A DNA stretch of 64,000 bases from an uncultured Acidobacteriota bacterium (GTDB taxonomy: Bacteria > Acidobacteriota > Thermoanaerobaculia > UBA5066). A program made the translations under genes and the position numbers. The notes beneath the pieces were generated by a model, which saw nothing but the letters and a program-made list of their open reading frames with translations, searched no databases and was not told where the DNA came from. Numbering within the stretch: the stretch's first letter is position 1; the number at the start of each line of letters is the position of its first letter. The stretch is from NCBI GenBank assembly GCA_903845115.1, contig CAIMWE010000041.1, positions 5,802 to 69,801 on the forward strand, in the 5' to 3' direction. Below are positions 56,047 to 64,000 of this stretch, one piece after another.

Positions 56047-56805
56047 CTAGCCCGCCGCCTTCACCAGGGCGGCGAAGTCGGCCGGGACGAGGGAAGCCCC
56101 GCCCACGAGCCCTCCGTCGATCTCCTCCTCGCCGAAGAGGGTGGCGGCGTTGGCCGGCGTCACCGACCCTCCGTAGAGGATGCGGACCGTGGCCGCCACC
56201 CCCTCGCCGTAACGCTTCGCGAGGAGCGACCGGATCTGCCGGTGGGCCTCCACGGCCATGGCCGGGCTCGCGGCCCGCCCGGTCCCGATCGCCCAGACCG
56301 GCTCGTAGGCGATCACGAGGCCGGCCGGGAGGGAGCCGAAGGGGTCCAGGGCGGTCATCTGCCGCGCGAGGACGTCGTCGGTCTTGCCACCGTCGCGCTC
56401 CTCCAGCGTCTCGCCGACGCAGTAGAGGGGGGAGATGGCGTTCTCCACGAGGCGCTCGATCTTCCGGGTGAAGGCGGCCTCGTCCTCCTTCCGGTCCCGG
56501 CGCCTCTCGCTGTGGCCGACGAGGGCCATGGCGACGCCCAGGTCCTTCAGCATCGGGGCGGAGACCTCGCCGGTGTTGGCGCCCTTGGTCTCCGTGTGGA
56601 CGTCCTGCGCCGCCAGGAGGATCTGCGTGTGGGTGAGGAGGCGCCCGAGCCGCTCCAGCGCCGGGAAGGCCGGCGCGATGGCTACGCCGACCGAGTCGGG
56701 AAGCGAGGGGCGGAGGGCGAGGAACTCCTCGGCGAACGCGGCCGCCTCGCGGGCGGTCTTGTTCATCTTCCAGTTGGCGACGACGAGCGGAGCGCGGCTG
56801 CTCAC
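56047..56805 (-). CDS. tpiA: triosephosphate isomerase
   Basis: [29 protein letters not shown] and YGGSV motifs. The GTG start overlaps the pgk stop (GTGA). Only the C-terminal 252 aa of ORF 56047..57225 are credible. Confidence 0.88.
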   Translation of the reverse strand: MSSRAPLVVANWKMNKTAREAAAFAEEFLALRPSLPDSVGVAIAPAFPALERLGRLLTHTQILLAAQDVHTETKGANTGEVSAPMLKDLGVAMALVGHSERRRDRKEDEAAFTRKIERLVENAISPLYCVGETLEERDGGKTDDVLARQMTALDPFGSLPAGLVIAYEPVWAIGTGRAASPAMAVEAHRQIRSLLAKRYGEGVAATVRILYGGSVTPANAATLFGEEEIDGGLVGGASLVPADFAALVKAAG

Positions 56806-57995
56806 GAGAGGAGGGCCTCCACGCCCGGGAGCTTCTTGCCGCTGATGTAGTCGAGCGACGCCCCGCCTCCGGTCGAAACGTGGGAGATCTTCGAGGCGAG
56901 CCCGGCCTCGTTGATCGCCTCGACGCTCTCGCCGCCGCCGACCACCGTGAAGGCGCCAGAGCTGGCGAGGATGCGGGCGACGCCGAGGGTCCCGGCGTTG
57001 AACGGCTTCGTCTCGAAGACTCCCATCGGCCCGTTCCAGAAGACCGTCCGGACGGGGGCCATCATCTTCTCGAACATGAGGAGGGTCTTCGGTCCGATGT
57101 CGAAGGCGGCCTGATCGGGCGGGATCGAGTCCATCGGAACGGCTTTCGCCTCGGACGCCCGGTCGAGTGACGGGGCGACCATGAAGTCGGACGGCAGGAC
57201 CAGGTTGACCTTCCGCTCCCTGCACCGGTCGATCACCTTCCGTGCGATCGGCACGCCGTCGGGCTCGAGGAGGGACTTCCCGACGCCGAGGCCCAGGGCC
57301 ACGACGAAGTGGTTCGCCATCCCCCCGCCGATCAGGATGGTGTCGGCCCGCTCGACGAGCGCCTCGAGGGCCGCGATCTTCCCCATGATCTTCGCCCCGC
57401 CCAGGACGGCGGCGAAGGGGTGGTCGATGTCGTAGAGGACCTTGGTGAGAGCCGCGAGCTCCTTCTCCATCAGGAAGCCGATCCCGCGCTTGTCCGCGGC
57501 GAACGAAGCCGCGATTCCCGCGGTGGAAGCGTGGGCGCGGTGAGCCGTCCCGAATGCGTCGTTGACGTAGACGTCCGCCAGCGCGGCGAGGCCCTTGGCG
57601 AAGGCGGGGTCGTTCCCCTCCTCGCCCGCGTGGAACCGGACGTTCTCCAGGAGGAGCACCTGCCCGTCGGAGAGGGCCGCCACCGCCTGCTCGGCGACCG
57701 GGCCCACACAGTCCGAAGCGAAGGCGACCGGAGCCCCGAGCTTCTCGGAGAGCTTCGCCGCGACCGGGGCCAGCGTGTACTTGGGATCGGGAACCCCCTT
57801 GGCCTTCCCGAGGTGCGAGGCGAGGATCACCCGGGCTCCTTGCTCGACGGCGTACCGGATCGTCGGCAGGGCCTCGTTCACGCGGGTGTCGTCGCGAACC
57901 ACGCCGTCCTTGACCGGGACGTTGAAATCGACCCTCAGGAACAGGCGCTGTCCCTTGAGGGCGAGGGTACGGATCGAACGGGGAAGAACTGACAT
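56802..57995 (-). CDS. pgk: phosphoglycerate kinase
   Basis: [16 protein letters not shown]-terminus, ILASHLG.....D.KY.L.PVA and a C-terminal nucleotide-binding domain. Start trimmed to the ATG at 57995 (MSVLPRS...). Confidence 0.9.
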   Translation of the reverse strand: MSVLPRSIRTLALKGQRLFLRVDFNVPVKDGVVRDDTRVNEALPTIRYAVEQGARVILASHLGKAKGVPDPKYTLAPVAAKLSEKLGAPVAFASDCVGPVAEQAVAALSDGQVLLLENVRFHAGEEGNDPAFAKGLAALADVYVNDAFGTAHRAHASTAGIAASFAADKRGIGFLMEKELAALTKVLYDIDHPFAAVLGGAKIMGKIAALEALVERADTILIGGGMANHFVVALGLGVGKSLLEPDGVPIARKVIDRCRERKVNLVLPSDFMVAPSLDRASEAKAVPMDSIPPDQAAFDIGPKTLLMFEKMMAPVRTVFWNGPMGVFETKPFNAGTLGVARILASSGAFTVVGGGESVEAINEAGLASKISHVSTGGGASLDYISGKKLPGVEALLS

Positions 57996-58404
57996 GGCCG
58001 ACTCCTCCTGTCGAGGGAGGGGTTCCCGGCCCTCCCCGTCTGCCGAGATTCTATTCTGAAGCGTTCTCGGAGAGAGAGCGAAGGGAGCGTGCGAGAGCGC
58101 GCAACCCGGCACATTTCCCGGTTCCTTCCCTGACCCGCTCTCGCCCCGATAGCGCTCAAACGCCCGACCGGGTCATTCCGGCGCCACCGAAGCGCCACCT
58201 GAAAACCGCCCTCGCGGCGGGGGCGATCGGCGATGCATTGATCGCGGTGAGAGACTTCCTGCCGGACGGGATAGCTGGGGCTGTATCGCCCCTATCGAGG
58301 CAATCCCCCCGACCATAAGAAGGGCCCGACCGCCGACCTGAACCGATCCCCGACCGCCGTCTTCGCCGAGGGGAAGATCGGGCAGGCGTGGTCCACCGCG
58401 GTCG

Positions 58405-58772
58405 TCAGGGGAGGTCGTCGAATTTCCGGAGGTGCCCGGTTGGCGAAACCTTGCGAAGAGTCGGTGGTCGGGTCTTCTTCACGAGCCGGGCGATCCGCTC
58501 CAGGGCCGCCTCGACAGACGCCACGATCTCCTGCCTGTTCAGGTCTCCATGGGCCAGGAAGAAGGCCCGGGCCCTCGCCTTGACGAAGATGGCCAGCTCG
58601 GCCGGTTTCCGGGCGATTGCCCTGTCTTTCGTCAGGAGGAGCCAGCCCTTTCGACCCACGATCGTGATCCATTCCACGTCAGGCGTCCCGCGCTCGAAGT
58701 GGTCCGCCAGGCGGTGGACCTCGTAACCCCAGGACTCCAACGCCTCTCGCAGCTCCTTGCCAGAGAGGTTCT
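58405..58772 (-). CDS. DUF5615-family PIN-like protein (putative toxin of a DUF433/DUF5615 pair)
   Basis: CLDENLSGKELREALESWGYEVHRL......PDVEWITIVGRKGWLLLTKD matches the DUF5615 consensus (F..DENL...L...L...G.....V.....G..D.EI...A...G..LLTKD). Start set to a TTG about 58772, just after the upstream gene's stop. Confidence 0.62.
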
Positions 58773-58795
58773 CGTCCAGGCACAAAGGGGGCAGC

Positions 58796-59518
58796 TTAGG
58801 CGGCTTCCTCGAACCGGATAGCGGCCGTGACCTGGTCGATCGAGAGATCGTAGTCCTCCGCAACTGAATCGACGGATTCGCCGGCCCGCACGAGGCTGGC
58901 GAGGACGGCGGTCGAGATCCCTGTCCCCGTGACGGTCGGGCGTCCGAACCCCACCCGTGGATTGATCGTCACCGGTGTGCCCGAGAGCCACTCGCCGCCG
59001 ACCCACGGGAACAGCGCGACCGGGCCGGTTTCGTCCCGCTGGATCCGCTTCAGATCGTTCCGGAAGGCCTCGCGGATGGCGATTTGCCTGGCCGGGTTCA
59101 GCGTGATGAGCTGGCCGACTCGTTCCACGAAGATGTCCAGCCGGTCCGTCAGGAACTGTTCGAACGCGAGCGGGTGAGCTTTCGCCGCGTCGCCGTCGAG
59201 TACCTCGAGGGATGCGAGCGCGGCTCGGATGACGCTGAGGCGAAGGCCGTGCTCGTTCCGGAAGGCCCGGAGCGCCTGCCCCTCGAGGAGGTTGACGAAC
59301 GACAGCAGCCGGCGTCCAGGATCGGCAGCGGTGATCAGCGGGCGGGACACCCTGTCTCCCGTCTTGGTGGGGTAGCCGCGGCCGAGCGTCCACTGCCGGA
59401 GGGTGATGACGGGGATCCGGAGGCAGAGGGCCGCCTCGGTGAAGCTGTAGAACGGCAGGAGGCGGGGGTCCTTGCCTCCGTAGATGTCCGTCCGGCGCCC
59501 CATGGGTGGATCCTCCAC
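58796..59518 (-). CDS. DUF433 domain protein with an extended N-terminal region (putative antitoxin/regulator partner of DUF5615)
   Basis: C-terminus GISTAVLASLVRAGESVDSVAEDYDLSIDQVTAAIRFEEAA is the DUF433 signature. At 240 aa it is far longer than stand-alone DUF433 proteins; the N-terminal part YSFTEAALCLRIPVITLRQW looks HTH-like. Confidence 0.58.
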   Translation of the reverse strand: MEDPPMGRRTDIYGGKDPRLLPFYSFTEAALCLRIPVITLRQWTLGRGYPTKTGDRVSRPLITAADPGRRLLSFVNLLEGQALRAFRNEHGLRLSVIRAALASLEVLDGDAAKAHPLAFEQFLTDRLDIFVERVGQLITLNPARQIAIREAFRNDLKRIQRDETGPVALFPWVGGEWLSGTPVTINPRVGFGRPTVTGTGISTAVLASLVRAGESVDSVAEDYDLSIDQVTAAIRFEEAA

Positions 59519-59637
59519 GTATAAGTCTACCGCACCCGCCTCACCGCTCCATGCTCGCGTCTCGTCTTCTACGATGCCAGAGATGCCGATCAGACTGAAA
59601 GTCAGTGCGTCGCTGTAGATTCTATAGTCGGACGCGA

Positions 59638-60729
59638 ATGCCGAAGCTCGAGCCGATCACCACCCGTGTCATCCCGTGGGCCTTCGAGGGCGGGACCCTC
59701 TCGTTCCTGGACCAGCGGCACCTCCCCGCCGAGGAACGGTGGATCGTCTGCGCCGACGCCGCCGAGACCGCGACGGCGATTCGCTGCCTCGCCGTCCGCG
59801 GAGCTCCCCTGATCGGCGTGGCCGCGGCCCTGGGGGTGGCGGTGGAGGCCCGGCGGGCCGTCCGGGGCCCGGCGTCCGATTTCGAGCGGGCGCTCGAAGA
59901 GGCCTTCGAGGTCCTGCTCGCCTCGAGGCCGACGGCGGTCAACCTCCCGGCCGCCATCTCGCGGATGCGGAGGATGGCCGGGTCGACGGCGGGGGCCGAC
60001 CCCGGGACCCGGGCGCAGGCGCTGGAGGGCGAAGCTCGCCTGATCGCCGCCGAGGACCAGGCCGCGTGCCTGGCGATCGGCCGCCACGGCGCCGACTTCC
60101 TCGAGAGCCGGATCGGGCCGGGGGCCGCGACGATCCTGACCCACTGCAACGCGGGGGCGCTGGCGACCGCCGGGATCGGGACGGCGCTCGGAGTGATCCG
60201 GGCCCTCGGGGCCCGCCGTCCCGTGCGCGTCTTCGCGGACGAGACCCGGCCCTTCTGGCAGGGAGCGCGGCTCACCGCCTGGGAGCTCTCCCGTGACGGC
60301 TTCGACGTCACCCTCCTTCCGGACGTCGCCGCCGCCTCCGTCATCGCCTCGGGCAGGGTCGCCGCCGTCGTCGTGGGGGCCGACCGGATCGCGGCGAACG
60401 GCGACGTGGCGAACAAGGTGGGGACCTACGGGCTCGGCCTGGCCTGCCGGGCGCACGGCGTTCCCTTCGTCGTCGCGGCGCCGACCACCACCGTCGACCT
60501 CGCCACGCCTTCCGGCGACCGGATTCCGATCGAGGAGCGCTCCGGGGACGAGGTCCTCTCGATCGACCTTCCGGGCGGCGGGTCCGTGCGCCTGGCGCCG
60601 GCGGGGGTCGCGGCGTTCTACCCCGCCTTCGACGTCACGCCCGCCGGCCTCGTCGACGCGATCGTGACGGAGCGTGGCGTGGCCCAGGCCCCGTTCCCGG
60701 CCTCGCTCCGGGAGCAGCGGCGCGGATGA
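59638..60729 (+). CDS. mtnA: S-methyl-5-thioribose-1-phosphate isomerase (eIF-2B alpha/beta/delta-like family)
   Basis: LVVGADRIAANGDVANKVGTYGLGLA.. and LTHCNAGALAT motifs. Start trimmed to the ATG about 59638 (MPKLEPITT..). Confidence 0.8.
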   Translation: MPKLEPITTRVIPWAFEGGTLSFLDQRHLPAEERWIVCADAAETATAIRCLAVRGAPLIGVAAALGVAVEARRAVRGPASDFERALEEAFEVLLASRPTAVNLPAAISRMRRMAGSTAGADPGTRAQALEGEARLIAAEDQAACLAIGRHGADFLESRIGPGAATILTHCNAGALATAGIGTALGVIRALGARRPVRVFADETRPFWQGARLTAWELSRDGFDVTLLPDVAAASVIASGRVAAVVVGADRIAANGDVANKVGTYGLGLACRAHGVPFVVAAPTTTVDLATPSGDRIPIEERSGDEVLSIDLPGGGSVRLAPAGVAAFYPAFDVTPAGLVDAIVTERGVAQAPFPASLREQRRG

Positions 60730-61823
60730 AGCTCCCTTCGCCTCCCCGGTGCGTCCTCGGGATCGAGTCGTCGTGCGACGAGACCTCGGTCGCCCTCCTC
60801 GGGGCGGACGGACGGGTCCTCTCCTCGGTGATCTCCTCGCAGATCGCGGCCCACCGGAGGTACGGGGGGGTGGTCCCCGAGATCGCCGCGCGCGCCCACC
60901 TCCAGAACCTCCCGCTCCTGCTCGACGAGGCGCTCGCCGCGGCGGGCGTAGCCCTGTCGGACGTGGGGGCCGTCGCGGCCACGGCCGGGCCGGGTCTCGT
61001 CGGGGCGCTTCTCGTGGGGCTCTCGGAGGGGAAAGGGATCGCTCTCGGCCTCGGCGTGCCGTTCGTGCCGGTCCACCACATCGAGGGACACTGTCTGTCG
61101 CCGTTTCTCCGCCTCGACGGCGGCCCCTCCCGCCCCGTCCCCGACTCCTTCACGGCGCTCGTGGTCTCCGGCGGACACACGCACCTCTACCGGTTCACGG
61201 CGGCCGGGATCGACCTGGCTGCCCGGACGAGGGACGACGCCGCCGGGGAGGCGTACGACAAGGTGTCCAAGATGGCCGGCCTCGGGTACCCGGGAGGGCC
61301 CGTCATCGACCGCCTCGCCGGGTCCGGGCGCTCCGGCCGTCCCTTCACCGTCCCGCAGCTGAAGGACGGGAGCCTGGACTTCAGCTTCTCCGGGCTGAAG
61401 ACGGCGGTCCGGGATCGGCTCTCCTCGCTCGGCGTCTCCCCGGCCACGGGGGTCCCGGGCGATCGGCCGGCGCTCGACGAGGGGGACCTCCCGGCCGGCC
61501 TCCTCGACCTCCTGGCCGACTTCCAGGAGGCCGTCGTCCGTCAGCTGGAAGACCGGCTGACGAGGTTTCTCGCGAAGGAGCCGGTCCCGCTGCTCACGGT
61601 CTCGGGCGGGGTGGCGGCGAACTCGCTGCTCCGGGAGAGGCTCGCTTCCTGGGGGAGGCGGAAGGGCGTGGAGGTCCTGCTCCCCGACCGGGTCCTGACC
61701 TCGGATAACGCCGCCATGATCGCGTTCGCGGGGCTCCGCCGCGCCGGCCGGGGAGGGGCGGACGGGGGGCTGGACGCCCCGGCTCGATCCCGCTGGCCCC
61801 TGGAATCGCTCCTCCCTTGCTAA
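60726..61823 (+). CDS. tsaD: tRNA N6-adenosine threonylcarbamoyltransferase TsaD (Kae1/Gcp family)
   Basis: LGIESSCDETSVAL..., metal-binding HHIEGH, and SGGVAAN motifs. Overlaps mtnA by 4 nt. Confidence 0.9.
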   Translation: MKLPSPPRCVLGIESSCDETSVALLGADGRVLSSVISSQIAAHRRYGGVVPEIAARAHLQNLPLLLDEALAAAGVALSDVGAVAATAGPGLVGALLVGLSEGKGIALGLGVPFVPVHHIEGHCLSPFLRLDGGPSRPVPDSFTALVVSGGHTHLYRFTAAGIDLAARTRDDAAGEAYDKVSKMAGLGYPGGPVIDRLAGSGRSGRPFTVPQLKDGSLDFSFSGLKTAVRDRLSSLGVSPATGVPGDRPALDEGDLPAGLLDLLADFQEAVVRQLEDRLTRFLAKEPVPLLTVSGGVAANSLLRERLASWGRRKGVEVLLPDRVLTSDNAAMIAFAGLRRAGRGGADGGLDAPARSRWPLESLLPC

Positions 61824-61870
61824 CATCCCTCTCCCGCTGCCGTCCGGCGGCGCCGAGGCCCTAGAACCCG

Positions 61871-63670
61871 ATGCCGCAACCAGACCACATCCGAAACTTC
61901 TCGATCATCGCCCACATCGACCACGGGAAGACGACGCTGTCCGACCGGATCCTCGAGATCACGGGCGCGCTGACGGCGAGGGAGATGACCGAGCAGGTCC
62001 TGGACGACAACCCGATCGAGAAGGAGCGCGGCATCACGATCAAGGCCCGCTCCGTGAACCTCGGCTACAAGGCCGAGAACGGCGAGACCTACCTCCTGAA
62101 CCTGATCGACACGCCCGGACACGTCGACTTCACCTACGAGGTCTCCCGGTCGCTCGCCGCGTGCGAGGGCGCCGTCCTCGTCGTCGACGCGACGCAGGGG
62201 GTCGAGGCCCAGACCCTCGCCAACGCCTACCTGGCGATCCACAACGACCTCACGATCGTCCCCTGCATCAACAAGGTCGACCTCCCGTCGGCCGTCCCCG
62301 AGATGGCGCGGGAGCAGATCGAGGAGGTCATCGGGATCCCGGCCAGGCACGCGGTCCTCACCTCGGCGAAGGTCGGCACCGGCGTGAAGGAGCTGCTCGA
62401 GCAGATCGTCCACGACATCCCGGCGCCGACCGGCGACCCCGCCGCGCCCCTGAAGGCCCTCCTCTTCGATTCCTGGTTCGACATGTACCGGGGGGTCACC
62501 TGCCTCGTCCGGGTCAAGGACGGGACCGTGAAGCCGGGGACGAAGTTCCGGCTGATGGGAAGCGGCCTCGTGGCCGAGGTCCAGGAAGTCGGGATCTTCA
62601 ACCCGCACCAGGTGGTCGTCCCCCAGCTCTCCGTCGGAGAGGTGGGGTACGTCATCTCGGGGATCAAGGAGCTGGGCGCCACGAAGATCGGCGACACGAT
62701 GACCGAGGCCGACCGGCCCTGCGCCGAGGCGCTCCCGGGCTTCCAGGACGTCAAGCCGATGGTCTTCGCCTCCATCTTCCCGACCGAGACGGACGCCTAC
62801 GAGGACCTGCGGGACGCGATGGAGAAGCTCCGCCTGAACGACGCCTCGTTCACCTTCGAGCCGGAGTCGTCCACGGCTCTCGGCTTCGGCTTCCGCTGCG
62901 GGTACCTGGGGCTGCTCCACCTGGAGATCGTCCAGGAGCGGCTGGAGCGCGAGTTCAACCTCTCGCTCATCACGACCGCCCCCTCGGTCCCCTACAGGGT
63001 CAGGACGACCCGCGGCGAGGAGCTGGAGATCTCGAACCCCGTCAAGCTCCCCGACCCGCAGCTGATCGACGAGATCCGCGAGCCCTACATCCTGGCGACG
63101 ATCATCACGAAGGACGAGTTCCTCGGGGGGCTTCTCGCCCTCGCCGAGGAGCGGCGCGGGACCCAGGTCTCGCTCGAGTACGCCGGGACGCAGCGGGCCG
63201 TCCTCAAGTACGAGCTCCCGCTGAACGAGGTGATCCTCGACTTCTACGACAAGCTGAAGTCGATCTCGCGTGGCTACGCGTCGTTCGACTACCAGCTGAT
63301 CGACTACCGGCCCGGCGACCTGGTCAAGCTGGACGTCCTGATCAACGGCGACCCGCTGGACGCCCTCGCCTTCATCGTCCACCGCGCGAAGGCCGCCTCC
63401 AAGGGCCGGTCGCTGGTCGAGAAGATGAAGGAGATGATCCCGCAGCAGATGTTCGAGGTGATCATCCAGGCGGCGATCGGCTCGAAGATCCTCGCCCGCT
63501 CCACGGTGAAGGCCCTTCGCAAGAACGTCCTCGCGAAGTGCTACGGCGGCGACATCACGCGGAAGCGGAAGCTGCTGGAGAAGCAGAAGGAAGGCAAGAA
63601 GCGGATGAAGAAGGTCGGCCGGGTCGACCTGCCGCAGGAGGCCTTCCTGGCCGTCCTGAAGGTCGACTGA
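61871..63670 (+). CDS. lepA: elongation factor 4 (LepA)
   Basis: [28 protein letters not shown], and the LepA-specific C-terminal domain; 599 aa. Confidence 0.96.
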   Translation: MPQPDHIRNFSIIAHIDHGKTTLSDRILEITGALTAREMTEQVLDDNPIEKERGITIKARSVNLGYKAENGETYLLNLIDTPGHVDFTYEVSRSLAACEGAVLVVDATQGVEAQTLANAYLAIHNDLTIVPCINKVDLPSAVPEMAREQIEEVIGIPARHAVLTSAKVGTGVKELLEQIVHDIPAPTGDPAAPLKALLFDSWFDMYRGVTCLVRVKDGTVKPGTKFRLMGSGLVAEVQEVGIFNPHQVVVPQLSVGEVGYVISGIKELGATKIGDTMTEADRPCAEALPGFQDVKPMVFASIFPTETDAYEDLRDAMEKLRLNDASFTFEPESSTALGFGFRCGYLGLLHLEIVQERLEREFNLSLITTAPSVPYRVRTTRGEELEISNPVKLPDPQLIDEIREPYILATIITKDEFLGGLLALAEERRGTQVSLEYAGTQRAVLKYELPLNEVILDFYDKLKSISRGYASFDYQLIDYRPGDLVKLDVLINGDPLDALAFIVHRAKAASKGRSLVEKMKEMIPQQMFEVIIQAAIGSKILARSTVKALRKNVLAKCYGGDITRKRKLLEKQKEGKKRMKKVGRVDLPQEAFLAVLKVD

Positions 63671-63675
63671 CCGGA

Positions 63676-64000
63676 ATGCCCCCGTCGGCCCTGGCGGACC
63701 GGCCCGCCGCCGCCCTCTCGACGGCCTGCGCCTACGCCGAGGCGATCCTCGTCGCGGTCCTGCTGGCCCTCTTCGCGCGGGCCCACCTGTTCGAGGCGTT
63801 CGAGATCCCGAGCGGCTCGATGGAGAAGACCCTCCTGATCGGGGACCACATCGTCGTCGACAAGGCCGCCTACGCCCCCCACCGGGGCCCCTGGCGGTTC
63901 CTGCTCCCCTACCGGGAGCTGTCGTCCGGCGACGTCGTCGTCTTCCGGTCGCCGCAGGAGCCCGGAAAGGACCTCGTCAAGAGGGCGATCGGCCTTCCGG
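63676..64000 (+). CDS. lepB: signal peptidase I, N-terminal part; 3' end lies outside window
   Basis: ATG at 63676; TM segment followed by catalytic Ser box IPSGSMEKTLLIGDHIVVDK and VVFRSPQ..; runs to the window edge. Confidence 0.8.
   Translation, partial: MPPSALADRPAAALSTACAYAEAILVAVLLALFARAHLFEAFEIPSGSMEKTLLIGDHIVVDKAAYAPHRGPWRFLLPYRELSSGDVVVFRSPQEPGKDLVKRAIGLP

Overview
This is a very GC-rich bacterial chromosomal window (roughly 70% GC by eye). The six-frame ORF track appears to accept GTG and TTG starts, and many of its very long ORFs are antisense artefacts, so I trimmed gene starts by hand; hand-derived coordinates are approximate to about 1 nt. Most of the window is core housekeeping DNA in a Bacillus-like order. 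On the minus strand are dnaA-dnaN-recF-gyrB-gyrA, with a DnaA-box-rich dnaA/dnaN spacer that is a candidate oriC. Diverging from dnaA on the plus strand are rpmH-rnpA-yidD-yidC-mnmE-mnmG-rsmG-parA-parB, ending in a bactofilin gene whose start overlaps the parB stop (ATGA). This is followed by an F1Fo ATP synthase block with b', b, delta, alpha, gamma, beta and epsilon but no a or c subunit, and then a contiguous bshC-bshB-bshA bacillithiol cluster. Elsewhere lie pdxR-pdxS-pdxT plus an enoyl-CoA hydratase, dprA-topA, trmFO-xerC-hslV-hslU, tal, tpiA-pgk, secG-tRNA-Leu(GAG), mtnA-tsaD-lepA-lepB and a truncated Mur ligase with dapF. Accessory material is concentrated in four places. The first is a 7.0-9.6 kb insert of two paralogous SAM methyltransferases flanking an inverted polytopic membrane gene, next to a 279-bp element bounded by an 18-bp inverted repeat. 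The second is an envelope module of RDD, DUF4097 and DUF4870 genes. The third is a roughly 6 kb toxin-antitoxin/defence islet (49.4-55.4 kb) abutting the 3' end of tRNA-Leu. It holds HicB/HicA, an AraC-family remnant, an uncharacterised wHTH protein with tandem palindromic sites coupled to a truncated nucleotidyltransferase-like ORF, VapB/VapC with an operator palindrome, a decayed IS200-like Y1 transposase between inverted REP-like ends, and a Uma2 endonuclease bracketed by 53-bp direct repeats. The fourth is a DUF433/DUF5615 pair. I saw no CRISPR array and no rRNA.
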